Source: an uncultured Clostridia bacterium (lineage in GTDB: Bacteria; Bacillota; Clostridia; TANB77; CAG-508). From it: a stretch of 64,000 nt of DNA. How positions within the stretch are numbered: the first letter of the stretch is position 1; every line of letters begins with the position of its first letter. The translations under genes and the position numbers were made by a program. The stretch is taken from positions 81 to 64,080 of the forward strand of contig CAKPCG010000004.1 in the NCBI GenBank assembly GCA_934141475.1. The letters run 5' to 3'. Shown here in pieces: positions 16,860 to 27,795 of this stretch. The notes under the pieces are model-generated. The model did no database searches and was not told where the DNA came from. It was given only the letters and a program-made list of their open reading frames with translations.

Positions 16860-19358
16860 CTAAAATATAGTATGATTATGATATTTAATATGCTTCATAC
16901 TGTTTCCATTTGTTTTAATCTCTATCTCTCCTCTTTCATCAGTTCTATAACACACACAATTTATGCTTTCTAATCTTTCCAATGTTATGCCTGATGGATG
17001 TCCAAAATTATTATTTTTCCCCACTCCAATCACAGCAAATTTCGGTCTAACAGCATTTAAAAAATCAATTGTAGAAGACGTTTTAGAACCATGATGAGCA
17101 ACTTTTAAGCCATTTGCTTCTAATACCTCTAAGTTACTTTTATAAAACTTCAAAATCTCATTTTCTGCTGTCTCTTCAATATCTCCTGTAAAAAGCATAG
17201 AAAAATTTTTATATTTTAATTTACACACTAAAGAATTATTATTAATAGCATTTTCAGAAATCATATTACTACTACTTGGCCACAAAACATTAAAGCATAC
17301 TTTATCTTCTATATTTATTCTATTTCCTGCTTCTACAACTTTCACATTAATTTTTCTTTCTTTTGCAATCCCAATAAAATTCTCAAAATTTTCAGAACTT
17401 TCATATTGTTTACCAATAATTGCATTTTTCACCTTCATATTTTTCATAATATAAAGTAAACCTTGTGCGTGGTCAGAATCAAAATGACTAAATATTACAT
17501 AATCAATAGATGTTACTTTTCTATTTAATAAATATGGCATTAAAACACTTTTACCTATGTTGTAACTAGAATTTTCGCTTCCCCCTCCATCTATTAAAAT
17601 TTTTTTTCCTTTTGGAGTTGTAATTAAAGTACAGTCTCCCTGCCCTACGTCTATAAAATTAACTACTAATTCTTTAGGAATATATTTGTAAAATAGACTT
17701 ATTATTGTAATAACTAAAATTATATTTATAATTTTTGATTTTTTTATTCTTATTTTATGTTTAAAAACATTTACTAAATTTATAATCCTTTTTTGAAACA
17801 TACTTGGATTTTTCTTGAGTCTAATTTTTAATATTGAATTTAATATAAAAATGAAAAAATAATAAAAAATAATTGTTATTATATTTGGAGGTATAATATA
17901 AATATTATTTAATGGTATTTTGCTTCCAATTTTAGATAAAATAATCAATAATTTTAGTAGATTATTTAAGATAATACTTAAAAATTTTACGTCAATAAAA
18001 AGAAATATTATTCCTACTATAATTATAGGACCTATTAAAAAACTTGCAATTATACCTATAAAAAGACTAAAAAAAGCTATATTTTTAAAATTTGTTGCAA
18101 TTATTGGCATTAACAAAACAGATACAGAAAGTGCTAAAAAAATTGATTTTATTATACTTTTTATGATTTTTGTATCAGAAATTTTTATACAAAACTTAGT
18201 GATTTTTTTATTTCTTCTAATTGCTCTTCTGTTTATCCTATCCTTCCAATTTTCATAATAATTTTCAAATGTTTTTTCAAATTCAATTATTCCAATTGTT
18301 GCAAGAAAAGAAAGCTTAAGACCAATGTTTGTAATATTGTATGGATTTAAAATTAATATTATCATTAAAGAAATAGCTAATGACTCATATAAATCATTTT
18401 TTCTATAAAAAATATTTGCACATATCGCTATAATCCCTGTTATTCCAGCTCTCATAACAGATGGTGTAAAATTTACCATACATATATAAATTATAATTAT
18501 TACAGATGTTATTATTTTAGAATAATATTTTCCAATTGTTTTTCCAAGTATGGTTGTCATAAATAAAATTATATATGATACATGCATCCCTGATACTGCT
18601 AATATATGAGACAAATTACTTTCTTGAAAGTTTTCCTTCGTTTCTATACTTAAATTTTCTTTATCTCCTAGTAAAATTCCTATAAATAAATTTTTTTCTT
18701 CATTTTCTAATTTTGAATTATTGATCTTGTTTTTTATAAAATCTGCAAATTTATTTGTAAATTTTATAATTTGGTTTCCATTATCTTTACTAATTACTTC
18801 TATTTGCTTAGCATTTAAAGTCCCATATATTTTATTCGTTTTTAAATACTTAGAATAATCAAATCCCTTATAATTAGACTGTTTTTGTGGTAATTTAAAA
18901 ATTCCATTAAACTTTATTTTATCTCCATATTCGATTTTTTTATTTTTATAATATACATTTAAATAAGTGTTTTTATATTGGCTATTTAATATTTTCACTT
19001 TTGCTTTATCATTAAAAACTTGTGTAACAATTCCCTCAAATTCGCATTTTTTTAAATCTAAATTTTTATAAAGTTTGTCATATTTGTTGTTACACATTAA
19101 TACTATTGAATTTGATATAATTGAAAAAATTACTATTGATTTAATTACTTTTGGAGTTAATATAATTTTTACATACCTTAAATATCTTTTTATAGAAAAT
19201 AATTTAAATTCTGATTTTTTGTGTTCGCCTTTACTAATCAAATATATTAACAAAATAAAAATATAAAAATGGACTATACTGATTTTACAATATAGCCCCA
19301 TAATTATACCTAAAATATATCCAATTAATGCTGTCAAAACCTTTCTTGTTTCTAGCAT
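16860..19358 (-). CDS. comEC: DNA internalization-related competence protein ComEC/Rec2
   Basis: N-terminal OB/DUF4131-like region, a multi-TM competence domain, and a C-terminal metallo-beta-lactamase domain (VNFIDVGQGDCTLI...FSHFDSDHAQG...VAHHGS). Confidence 0.85.
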   Translation of the reverse strand: MLETRKVLTALIGYILGIIMGLYCKISIVHFYIFILLIYLISKGEHKKSEFKLFSIKRYLRYVKIILTPKVIKSIVIFSIISNSIVLMCNNKYDKLYKNLDLKKCEFEGIVTQVFNDKAKVKILNSQYKNTYLNVYYKNKKIEYGDKIKFNGIFKLPQKQSNYKGFDYSKYLKTNKIYGTLNAKQIEVISKDNGNQIIKFTNKFADFIKNKINNSKLENEEKNLFIGILLGDKENLSIETKENFQESNLSHILAVSGMHVSYIILFMTTILGKTIGKYYSKIITSVIIIIYICMVNFTPSVMRAGITGIIAICANIFYRKNDLYESLAISLMIILILNPYNITNIGLKLSFLATIGIIEFEKTFENYYENWKDRINRRAIRRNKKITKFCIKISDTKIIKSIIKSIFLALSVSVLLMPIIATNFKNIAFFSLFIGIIASFLIGPIIIVGIIFLFIDVKFLSIILNNLLKLLIILSKIGSKIPLNNIYIIPPNIITIIFYYFFIFILNSILKIRLKKNPSMFQKRIINLVNVFKHKIRIKKSKIINIILVITIISLFYKYIPKELVVNFIDVGQGDCTLITTPKGKKILIDGGGSENSSYNIGKSVLMPYLLNRKVTSIDYVIFSHFDSDHAQGLLYIMKNMKVKNAIIGKQYESSENFENFIGIAKERKINVKVVEAGNRINIEDKVCFNVLWPSSSNMISENAINNNSLVCKLKYKNFSMLFTGDIEETAENEILKFYKSNLEVLEANGLKVAHHGSKTSSTIDFLNAVRPKFAVIGVGKNNNFGHPSGITLERLESINCVCYRTDERGEIEIKTNGNSMKHIKYHNHTIF

Positions 19359-19368
19359 ATTTCTCCTT

Positions 19369-20961
19369 TTAGTTTATTATTCTTCTACCTGTTACATATC
19401 TTGCTGAATAATAGCTATCTGACAAAGAAGTTGTAATTACTCCTGTACTAGAATTTCCAGCATGTATGAATGTATTTCCACCAATATATATTCCTACATG
19501 ACCTATAGAAGAATTAGATCTATTATTAAATATTACTAAATCTCCTGCTTGTAAATTTGATTTTGATACTGCTGTACCATTTGATGCTTGTGCTCCTGAT
19601 GATCTACTTATACTTATTCCAAAGTGTTTGTATACATATGATGTAAATCCTGAACAATCAAAACCTGTTGATGGTGATGAACCTCCAGATACATATCTAT
19701 ATCCTAAATATTGCTTTGCATATGAAACAATACTACTTCCTGTTGTACCTGAACTAGATGTTGATGATGTCGTTTTTTCTTCGCTTGAAGTACTAGTAGT
19801 ATTTTCAGATGTTTTACTTGTATTTGCTCTTGAAGTTTCTTCGCTTCTTGATGTTACATCTACTTTTTTATCTGATAAATATTTACTTGCAACATATCCT
19901 GTTTTGCCATTTACTTTTATTTTTGACCATGTTCCAGATACTTCTGTTACTGTTACTTTGGCATTTATTTTTAATTGACTTATTATTTTTGAACTATTGT
20001 CTGCTTTTTCTCTCATGTTTAGAGTTTCTGCAGATACATATTTTGTAACTTCTGTAACTTTTTTTGTATCTGTCTTAGTTGTTTCTGTTTTTGTGTTTTC
20101 TGTTTTGGCTGTTTCAGCTGTTGTTGCTTCTTGCTTAGTTTCTTCAGGTTTAGCTGTTTCTTCTACTTTTCTTTCAGTATAGTTTTGTTCTTGGTTTGTT
20201 TGATTATTTTGGTTTTCTGTAACTTCTTCTTTTTGAGTTTTTATTTTGCTTTTTAATACCCATCCTGAATTATTTGTAGTTTCTATATAGCACCATTTAT
20301 TCATTGTATATTTTAAAGTTATTTCTGTGTTTTCTTCTAAATTACAAATAACACTTGAATTTATTGATGGTACTATTTTTAGTTCTATTTTAGATACTAT
20401 TTTTCCTTTGAAACCATCTTGTAACTCTTCATTATTTTTACTTTCTTGAGTAGGATTTTGAGATTGTACATTACTTTCTGCTATAGTAGCTGTATTTGTA
20501 TTTTCGGTATTATTTGCTGTTTCATTTTCGTTATTTGTAGCTACTACATTTTCTGATTGATTATTTTCTGTTGTAGTATTTTGAGATACTGTATTTTGTA
20601 CTTCATTATTACTAGCGACTGTATTTTCTGTATTTGTTTCATTTACAGAAGATACTTCATTTGTTGTTTGATTTTGTACGGTATTTTCTGCTGTATTTTT
20701 TGAACCTTCTACATCTAACATGTCTTTTCTAATATAACCTGTTTGTTTTTGATATTTTACCTTATACCAATCTCCTTCTTCTGATAGTATTTCTACTTTT
20801 TCATTTAGTGATATTAGTGTTACTATACTAGAATCTGTTGAAGCTTCTTTTCTCATTCTTATTGTTTCTTGATTTACAGTTCCTGATTTAGCATATGCTA
20901 CAGAAGTCATTAAACATACACATATAGCTGTTATCAGCACATATTTTATTTTTTTCTTCAT
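19369..20961 (-). CDS. Secreted cell-wall hydrolase: SH3b repeats, low-complexity N/T/E-rich linkers, and a C-terminal NlpC/P60 (C40) peptidase
   Basis: Signal peptide MKKKIKYVLITAICVCLMTSVAYA. Three SH3b-like units (WYKVKYQKQTGYIRK, WCYIETTNNSGWVLK, WSKIKVNGKTGYVASKYL). Catalytic core GFDCSGFTSYVY...IGHVGIYIG...FIHA. Confidence 0.85.
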   Translation of the reverse strand: MKKKIKYVLITAICVCLMTSVAYAKSGTVNQETIRMRKEASTDSSIVTLISLNEKVEILSEEGDWYKVKYQKQTGYIRKDMLDVEGSKNTAENTVQNQTTNEVSSVNETNTENTVASNNEVQNTVSQNTTTENNQSENVVATNNENETANNTENTNTATIAESNVQSQNPTQESKNNEELQDGFKGKIVSKIELKIVPSINSSVICNLEENTEITLKYTMNKWCYIETTNNSGWVLKSKIKTQKEEVTENQNNQTNQEQNYTERKVEETAKPEETKQEATTAETAKTENTKTETTKTDTKKVTEVTKYVSAETLNMREKADNSSKIISQLKINAKVTVTEVSGTWSKIKVNGKTGYVASKYLSDKKVDVTSRSEETSRANTSKTSENTTSTSSEEKTTSSTSSSGTTGSSIVSYAKQYLGYRYVSGGSSPSTGFDCSGFTSYVYKHFGISISRSSGAQASNGTAVSKSNLQAGDLVIFNNRSNSSIGHVGIYIGGNTFIHAGNSSTGVITTSLSDSYYSARYVTGRRIIN

Positions 20962-20996
20962 AATTTTCTCCTATTTTGTATTTTTTGACAAAAGTT

Positions 20997-21025
20997 AGTA
21001 TATACTTTTTCACAAAAATTGTCAA
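20997..21025 (-). promoter_or_regulatory. Putative sigma-A promoter for the NlpC/P60-comEC transcription unit
   Basis: On the minus strand: TTGACA (21025-21020), 17-nt spacer, TATACT (21002-20997), about 35 nt upstream of ATG 20961. Confidence 0.5.
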
Positions 21026-21109
21026 CTTATTTTTATTGGTTATTTTTATAATTTATATGCTAATTTTAGGTATTTTGTGCATTTTTTTATAAAAAACTAT
21101 TGTTTTATT

Positions 21110-23842
21110 CTATTGTTCATCACCTAGCGTGTTTATTTTAAACATTTTTAATATTTCAACTATAACAATTGGTGCTAATACTAAACTTATAACCTCTATT
21201 ATATTACTTGTAGGTAAAATTGGTATACTAAATATTGTTCTAAGTGCAGGTATAAATAATATTACAAGCATTAATAATGCTGAGATTACAATTGCTCCAA
21301 TTAGTTTCATATTATTAAAGATTCCTGTTTTAAATATTGATTTTTTATTATCTCTTATATTAAATACATGTGTAAGTTCTGATAAAGCAAGTACTATAAA
21401 TGCCATTGTTTGTCCAACTTCTATTTTTGATTCATCAAGTGTTAAATCCCCTATTGGAGCTTTTGTTGTTGCAAGTCCTATCATGAAAGCTGTAAGTGTT
21501 AATAGTCCAATCATTATACCTTGGTATATTATTCTATATACCATTGATTTTGTAAATATTCCCTTTCCTGTTTTTACAGGTTTTCTTTTCATTATGTCTT
21601 TATTTGCAGGGTCAAATGCCAATGCTAAAGCTGGAAGGGAATCTGTAACTAAATTTATCCATAAAATATGGATAGGCATTAATATTTCTAAGTGCGAAAT
21701 ATCTGTTATTCCAAACCATTTTGCAAATAATCCTGTTCCTAATGTTGCAAGAAGTAATACTACAATTTCTCCAATATTACTTGATAGTAAAAATTGTATT
21801 ACCTTTAATATATTATCATATATACGTCTTCCTTCTTCCACTGCAGATACTACAGTTGCAAAATTATCATCTGTTAATATTACATCTGCCGCTTCTTTTG
21901 CAACATCTGTACCTACAATTCCCATTGCACATCCAATATCAGCTTGTTTTAAAGCAGGACTATCATTTACACCATCACCTGTCATAGCTACAACTTCTCC
22001 TTGTTTTTGCCAAGCTTTTACTATACGTACTTTATGTTCAGGTGCTACTCTTGCATATACTGAATATTTTCTTATATTTTTTTCAAGTTCTTCATCTGAT
22101 ATTTTATCTAATTCTACTCCTGTTATTGCTTCATCTTCATTTTCTAATATTCCTAATTTTTTAGCTATTGCTGTAGCAGTAATTTTGTGATCACCTGTTA
22201 TCATTACTGTTTTTATTCCTGCTGTTTTACATTTATCAACTGCTATTTTTGCTTCTTCTCTTGGTGGATCTATCATTCCATACATACCAACAAATGTTAG
22301 ATCTTCTTCAAGTTCTTTTATAGATGGTTTATAATCTAACTCTTTATATGCAAATCCAAGTACTCTTAAAGCATCTCTTGCCATTGTTTCATTTACTTCA
22401 TGTATTTTATGTTTATATTCTTGTAAATCATTTTTTTGTTCTCCATGTAATACATATGTTTTACATATAGAAAGTAATTCATCAATTCCACCTTTTGTAA
22501 AAACTATATATTTGTCTTTTACTTTGTGAACCGTTGTCATTAATTTTCTTTCTGAATCAAATGGAATTTCATCAACTCTTGGCATATCCTCAAATATATT
22601 TTTTGTAAATTCAAGTTTTAAGGCTATATCTACAAGTGCTGTTTCTGTAGGGTCTCCTGCTAAACTTCCATCTTCAGATATTTTTGTATCATTACATAAC
22701 ATTCCATTATATACTAATAACTTTATTTCTTGATTTGCGTTTTCATATTTTGTTAATTCATCTAAATTTGTCATATCATATACTGAATTATTTACAAACA
22801 TCTTTTGTACTGTCATTTTATTTTGAGTTAATGTTCCTGTTTTATCTGAACAGATAACTGTACTACTTCCAAGTGTTTCAACCGCTGGCAAGTGCTTTAC
22901 TATTGCATTTTTTTTCACCATTTTTTGAACACCAATTGCAAGTACTATTGTAGATACTGCAGCTAGTCCTTCTGGAATTGCTGCTACTGCTAAACTTACG
23001 GCTGTCATAAACATAGATATTGCAGGTTTTCCTTGTATTAATCCTGCAACAAAAATTATTATACATATAACAATTGCTACAATTCCTAATGTTTTACCTA
23101 AATTATTTAATTTTTCTTGTAAAGGAGTTTCTTTTTCTTCTTGATTAGATAACATTCCTGCAATTTTTCCTACTTCAGTATTCATTGCTGTTTCAACAAC
23201 AATTGCTTTTCCACGACCATATGTTATTAAACTTGAAGAAAATAGCATATTAGTTCTATCTCCTATTGGAACTTCTTTTTCTTCTATTTTGCTTGCTTGT
23301 TTTTCAACTGGAACAGATTCTCCTGTAAGAGAAGCTTCTTGTACTTTTAAATTTATAGCCTCTATTATTCTTAGATCTGCTGGAACATAGTCTCCTGTTT
23401 CTAATATAACAATATCTCCTGGTACTAGGTCTTTTGCAGAAACCACTTCCATATTATTTTCTCTTATAACCTTGGCCTCATGTCCGCTTAATTTTTGCAA
23501 AGCTTCTAGTGATTTTTCTGCTTTTGCTTCTTGTGCTACTCCAATTATGCTATTTACTATAACAACAATTAATATTATTATAGAATCTGTTATAGCCTCT
23601 CCTTGTGCTATTGAAATTGCACCTGATATTATTGCAGCAAATATCAAAATTATTATCATAAAATCTTTGAATTGCTCTAAAAATTTTATAAATAATGATT
23701 TTTTCTTCTGAGCTTTTAGTTCATTTAATCCATATGTAGCTAATTTTTCGTTAACCTTTCCTTTAGTTAGTCCACTATTTATATCAGTTTCAAGCTCTTC
23801 TTTTACTTCGTCTACTGTTTTATTAAACCATTCTTCTTTCAT
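21110..23842 (-). CDS. P-type (type IIA, Ca2+-transporting-like) cation ATPase
   Basis: Motifs TGES, CSDKTGTLT, MITGDHKITA and TGDGVNDSPALKQADIGCAMG. 10-TM architecture, 910 aa. Confidence 0.9.
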   Translation of the reverse strand: MKEEWFNKTVDEVKEELETDINSGLTKGKVNEKLATYGLNELKAQKKKSLFIKFLEQFKDFMIIILIFAAIISGAISIAQGEAITDSIIILIVVIVNSIIGVAQEAKAEKSLEALQKLSGHEAKVIRENNMEVVSAKDLVPGDIVILETGDYVPADLRIIEAINLKVQEASLTGESVPVEKQASKIEEKEVPIGDRTNMLFSSSLITYGRGKAIVVETAMNTEVGKIAGMLSNQEEKETPLQEKLNNLGKTLGIVAIVICIIIFVAGLIQGKPAISMFMTAVSLAVAAIPEGLAAVSTIVLAIGVQKMVKKNAIVKHLPAVETLGSSTVICSDKTGTLTQNKMTVQKMFVNNSVYDMTNLDELTKYENANQEIKLLVYNGMLCNDTKISEDGSLAGDPTETALVDIALKLEFTKNIFEDMPRVDEIPFDSERKLMTTVHKVKDKYIVFTKGGIDELLSICKTYVLHGEQKNDLQEYKHKIHEVNETMARDALRVLGFAYKELDYKPSIKELEEDLTFVGMYGMIDPPREEAKIAVDKCKTAGIKTVMITGDHKITATAIAKKLGILENEDEAITGVELDKISDEELEKNIRKYSVYARVAPEHKVRIVKAWQKQGEVVAMTGDGVNDSPALKQADIGCAMGIVGTDVAKEAADVILTDDNFATVVSAVEEGRRIYDNILKVIQFLLSSNIGEIVVLLLATLGTGLFAKWFGITDISHLEILMPIHILWINLVTDSLPALALAFDPANKDIMKRKPVKTGKGIFTKSMVYRIIYQGIMIGLLTLTAFMIGLATTKAPIGDLTLDESKIEVGQTMAFIVLALSELTHVFNIRDNKKSIFKTGIFNNMKLIGAIVISALLMLVILFIPALRTIFSIPILPTSNIIEVISLVLAPIVIVEILKMFKINTLGDEQ

Positions 23843-24339
23843 TCTATATCCTCCTTTTTGTTTTTAAAAATTAATATTTTACTAAAAACAAAATTTAAAA
23901 TTATTACAACTATATTTGATACAACTTTCATAAAAACGTCATTTATTTTAAATGTAACTGCCATATTCATCATTAAAATACTTATTATTTCTGTAAATAT
24001 TCTACAACTAAAAAATGATGCTATTTCTCTTGTAAGTTCTTTAATACTGTTAGTTTTACTATTAAAAACATATAATTTATTTGTAATATATGCAAAAATT
24101 ACTCCAGCAATAAATGCAATTATTTCACTTATATTTACTTTTAATGTATCATTTCCTATATTTGCTAAAATTACTTTTGCAAATATAAAGTAGGTTAATA
24201 TGTTTACAATTGTTGTTAATGCTCCAAATATTAAATATCTCATTGCCTCTTTATGATTTCTATATAAATCTGCTAATTTTTTTAAACCTATTTTTTCTAA
24301 AATTTTTAAGCCGAATTCTTCTAATTTGTCTATTATCAT
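23839..24339 (-). CDS. GtrA-family membrane protein
   Basis: 166 aa, 4 TM helices, RYLIFGALTTIVNILTYFIF...FVFSKILIFK typical of GtrA/polysaccharide synthesis family. Its stop overlaps the ATPase start codon (ATGA overlap). Confidence 0.7.
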   Translation of the reverse strand: MIIDKLEEFGLKILEKIGLKKLADLYRNHKEAMRYLIFGALTTIVNILTYFIFAKVILANIGNDTLKVNISEIIAFIAGVIFAYITNKLYVFNSKTNSIKELTREIASFFSCRIFTEIISILMMNMAVTFKINDVFMKVVSNIVVIILNFVFSKILIFKNKKEDIE

Positions 24340-24411
24340 TTATTTTGCTCCTTTTTTAATTTGCCTATTACCATTTATTATTGGCTTCTTTTTTAATTTG
24401 CCTATTACAAT
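24340..24411 (-). repeat. Imperfect tandem duplication (about 35-37 bp, 2 copies) of the gtrA RBS and start region
   Basis: On the minus strand: GTAATAGGCAAATTAAAAAAGAAGCCAATAATAAATG followed by GTAATAGGCAAATTAAAAAAGGAGCAAAATAAATG. GGAGCAAAATAA also forms the end of hslO. Confidence 0.65.
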
Positions 24412-25311
24412 TTATTTTGCTCCTTCTTCTAGTTTTTCTAGTTCTTCTTTTGTAAATCTATATTTTGTATGGCAAAAATGACATTCGGCCTCTAATTTTC
24501 CATCCTCTTCTATTATTTTGTTAATTTCTTCTTTTCCTAATGATATTATTCCTTCTTCTATTTTTTCTTTATTACAAGAACATTTATAAACTGCTTTTAA
24601 ATCATCTTCTAATGTTTCTATGTTTTCATCTCCTGTAACTATTTTGGCAATTTCTTCTAATGTTATTCCCTCTTCTAACATTTCTGATATTGGTTTTGCA
24701 TTTTTTATTGCAATTTCTATTTTTTCTATTTCTTCATCTGTTATATCTGGCATTAAATTTATCATATAGCCTCCAGCTCTTTTTACTCCATCTTTGTTTA
24801 CTAATACTCCCAATGCAAGTGCAGTAGGCTTTTGTTTAGATTTAGCAAAATACTGTGTAAAATCTTCTGCTATTTCTCCAGATACAAGTGGAATTAATCC
24901 ATTATAGTTACCTTTTGTTAGTTCATTTTGTGTTATTACATTTAAATAACCTTGGTGCCCTACAGCTCCACCAACGTCTATTTTTCCATTTGGTTTTAAA
25001 GGTAATTCGACATGTGGATTTTGTAAATACATTTTTATATTAGCTATTTTTTTATCTTGTAGTATACCTTGTGCAACTATACTTCCAACTGGTCCATTTC
25101 CTTTTATTTGTATAGTTATACTATCTGTTGTTTCTTTTATTTCTAAATGTGACATCATTGCTAAAACTGTTGCTACTCTACCTGCAACTGCTGTTGAAGT
25201 TGGTGTTAAATCATGTATATTTCTAATTTCTTCTATAAGGTTTGTTGATTCCATACACATAACAGATACTTTTTTGTTATATGCTAAAAATTTTATTATT
25301 TTATCTGACAT
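24412..25311 (-). CDS. hslO: Redox-regulated chaperone Hsp33
   Basis: 299 aa. C-terminal zinc centre CSCNKEK...CHFCHTKYRF (CxC...CxxC), with an Hsp33 N-terminal core. Confidence 0.9.
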   Translation of the reverse strand: MSDKIIKFLAYNKKVSVMCMESTNLIEEIRNIHDLTPTSTAVAGRVATVLAMMSHLEIKETTDSITIQIKGNGPVGSIVAQGILQDKKIANIKMYLQNPHVELPLKPNGKIDVGGAVGHQGYLNVITQNELTKGNYNGLIPLVSGEIAEDFTQYFAKSKQKPTALALGVLVNKDGVKRAGGYMINLMPDITDEEIEKIEIAIKNAKPISEMLEEGITLEEIAKIVTGDENIETLEDDLKAVYKCSCNKEKIEEGIISLGKEEINKIIEEDGKLEAECHFCHTKYRFTKEELEKLEEGAK

Positions 25312-25354
25312 TTTTTGGCTCCTTTTTATTTTTTTAATATTTTACAATATAGCA

Positions 25355-25384
25355 CAAAAAATAGCAAGATGTTTTCTTGCTATT
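25355..25384 (-). terminator. Rho-independent terminator downstream of spoVG
   Basis: Stem ATAGCAAG (25361-25368) / CTTGCTAT (25376-25383). A T-run follows on the minus strand. Confidence 0.7.
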
Positions 25385-25401
25385 TTTTCTTATTTACTAT
25401 A

Positions 25402-25674
25402 TTATTCAGCTGATTCCTCTGCTTCAGGAGCATTGTAAGCTTCTAATATAGCGTTTTGTATTTTTTCCCTTGTTTCTGGGTTAATAGGATGAGCTATATC
25501 CTTGAATTCTCCTGTTGGAGTTTTTTTGCTAGGCATAGCAATAAATAATCCATTTTGACTTTCGATAACTTTGATATCGTGAATTACGAATTCATTGTCA
25601 AATGTTACAGAAGCAACAGCTTTCATTCTGTTTTCTGAATTTACTTTTCTTAAACGTACATCTGTTATTTGCAT
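25402..25674 (-). CDS. spoVG: Septation/sporulation regulator SpoVG
   Basis: [65 protein letters not shown] is the canonical SpoVG sequence. ATG at 25674 follows an AGAGGTG RBS. Confidence 0.9.
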   Translation of the reverse strand: MQITDVRLRKVNSENRMKAVASVTFDNEFVIHDIKVIESQNGLFIAMPSKKTPTGEFKDIAHPINPETREKIQNAILEAYNAPEAEESAE

Positions 25675-25790
25675 TTTAAGCACCTCTTTCTTTATGTTAA
25701 TAAAATTATTTTGTACATATCTTTTGTTTTTATGTACTAATTATATATTCTTCAAAAAAAATCTTTTTCCCTCTTTTTTTTACAATTTTT

Positions 25791-26762
25791 TTATTTTTTG
25801 TTTTTCATATCTTTTTCGTCGTTCATTTCTATTTTTCCATTGTATTCATTTACGAAGTATAATGGTCTGTTTTTGGTTTCATTAAATATTCTACCCAAAT
25901 ATTCTCCAATTATTCCAAATAATAAAATTTGTATACCTGAAAAGAATAATATTAATAGTATTATTGCTTGAAACGCCTGAACCATTGTGTGTGTAATAAA
26001 GCATTTTGCAATTACATATGCAACATATATTCCAAGTAACATAAATGTTGGTATTGCAAAATATGTAGCGAGCCTTAGAGGCGAAGTTGTAAATGATGTT
26101 ATTCCACTTATTGCCAAATCAATTAGTTTTATATAATTCCATTTAGTTTTTCCTGCAACTCTTGGTGGTCTATCAAATAATACTTCTTTTTTATGATATC
26201 CAATCCAGCTAAACATGCTTTTTAAGCATCTTTCAGATTCTCTCATTTGCCTTAGAGCATTAACACATCTTTTATCTATTAGCCTATAATTTCCTGTATC
26301 TTTTTGTATTTCTACATTTGTCATTTTCTGTAATACCAGATAATACATTTTTGATGTGAATTTTTTTAATATTCCTTCTCCTGTTCTTTTCCTTCTTCTT
26401 GCATATACATCATCATATCCTTCTTCCCAGTATTTTACAATTTTGGGTATCAATTCTGGTGGATCTTGAAGGTCTGCATCCATAAATATTGCACAATCTC
26501 CAGACATATAATCAAGTCCTGCTGCCATTGCAATTTCTTGCCCAAAGTTTCTTGAGAAGTCTAAATAATTATATCTTTCATCTGTTTGTCTAAAACTTTT
26601 TATTAATGCTAAAGAGTTGTCTTTGCTTCCGTCATTTACAAATAATATTTCAAAATCGTAATGTCTCATTTGATCCATAATATTATTTAATTTTTCATAC
26701 AAAAATGGTAAAGATTCTTCTTCATTATATGTTGGAATTATTATAGATATTTTTTTTCTCAT
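25791..26762 (-). CDS. GtrB/CsbB-like polyprenol-phosphate glycosyltransferase (GT2 with C-terminal TM helices)
   Basis: ISIIIPTYNEEESL...VNDGSKDNS...FMDADLQDPPELIP plus two C-terminal TM helices. Confidence 0.85.
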   Translation of the reverse strand: MRKKISIIIPTYNEEESLPFLYEKLNNIMDQMRHYDFEILFVNDGSKDNSLALIKSFRQTDERYNYLDFSRNFGQEIAMAAGLDYMSGDCAIFMDADLQDPPELIPKIVKYWEEGYDDVYARRRKRTGEGILKKFTSKMYYLVLQKMTNVEIQKDTGNYRLIDKRCVNALRQMRESERCLKSMFSWIGYHKKEVLFDRPPRVAGKTKWNYIKLIDLAISGITSFTTSPLRLATYFAIPTFMLLGIYVAYVIAKCFITHTMVQAFQAIILLILFFSGIQILLFGIIGEYLGRIFNETKNRPLYFVNEYNGKIEMNDEKDMKNKK

Positions 26763-26784
26763 AAATATATTCCTTTCTATTTTT

Positions 26785-27720
26785 CTATTCTATATTGATT
26801 TTCTTGTCTATTATATATTGAGGTCTTCCCTTGCTTTCGTCATAAATTCTTCCTATGTATTCTGACATTACCCATATAGAAAGTAGCTGAACTCCACTAA
26901 ATAATGTTATTGTTACCATAATTGATGTCCAACCTGCTGTCAAATTGTTTAATCCAAATATATATGAAATTATCGAATAAATCAGTACTATAATTGCTAT
27001 TAGTATTGATAAAAATCCTAGTGCTCCTACTAATTTTAATGGCTTCGTAGAAAATCCTATTATTCCGTCTGATGCAAGTTTTAGCATCTTTTTTAATGGA
27101 TATTTGGTTTTTCCTGCATATCTTTCTTTTCTTTCATATTCTAGTGGTATTTGTTTAAATCCCATCCAACTCCATAAGCCTCTTAAAAATTTATTATGTT
27201 CAGGCATAAGATTCATTATATCTACAACTTTTTTATCTACTAGTCTAAAATCCCCTGTATCTCTTGGTATTTCTACATCAGAAAGAGTATTTAATGTTTT
27301 ATAGAACATTTTTGCAGTAAAAAGTTTAAAAATAGATTCTCCTTTTCTTTTTTTGCGTTTTCCATATACAATCTCATTTCCTTGTTCCCAAAGCTTAATC
27401 ATTTCAGGTATCAGCTCTGGGGGATCTTGCAAATCTGCATCTATTATAACAGCACAGTCTCCTGTTACATATTTTAAACCAGCTGTAACTGCACATTGAT
27501 GTCCAAAATTTCTTGCAAATGAAACTATTTTTAATTTTTCGTCTTTTTCTGCTATTTTTTCTAATATCTCTAGTGTTTTGTCTTTGCTTCCATCGTTTAC
27601 ACATATTATTTCATAATCAAATCCTTCTATTTCTTGTAATACACTTTTCATTTTTGTATAACATTCATTGGCTACTTCTTCTTCATAATACATTGGTATA
27701 ACTACAGATATTTTTTTCAT
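26785..27720 (-). CDS. GtrB/CsbB-like polyprenol-phosphate glycosyltransferase, tandem paralog
   Basis: ISVVIPMYYEEE...VNDGSKDKT...IIDADLQDPPELIP plus C-terminal TM helices. Confidence 0.85.
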   Translation of the reverse strand: MKKISVVIPMYYEEEVANECYTKMKSVLQEIEGFDYEIICVNDGSKDKTLEILEKIAEKDEKLKIVSFARNFGHQCAVTAGLKYVTGDCAVIIDADLQDPPELIPEMIKLWEQGNEIVYGKRKKRKGESIFKLFTAKMFYKTLNTLSDVEIPRDTGDFRLVDKKVVDIMNLMPEHNKFLRGLWSWMGFKQIPLEYERKERYAGKTKYPLKKMLKLASDGIIGFSTKPLKLVGALGFLSILIAIIVLIYSIISYIFGLNNLTAGWTSIMVTITLFSGVQLLSIWVMSEYIGRIYDESKGRPQYIIDKKINIE

Positions 27721-27795
27721 TTCTATTTTCCTTTCAGATTTTAAAAAGTTTCTAATTTATTATATCATAAAAGTTTTTGTTGTCAACTTAAAGGG

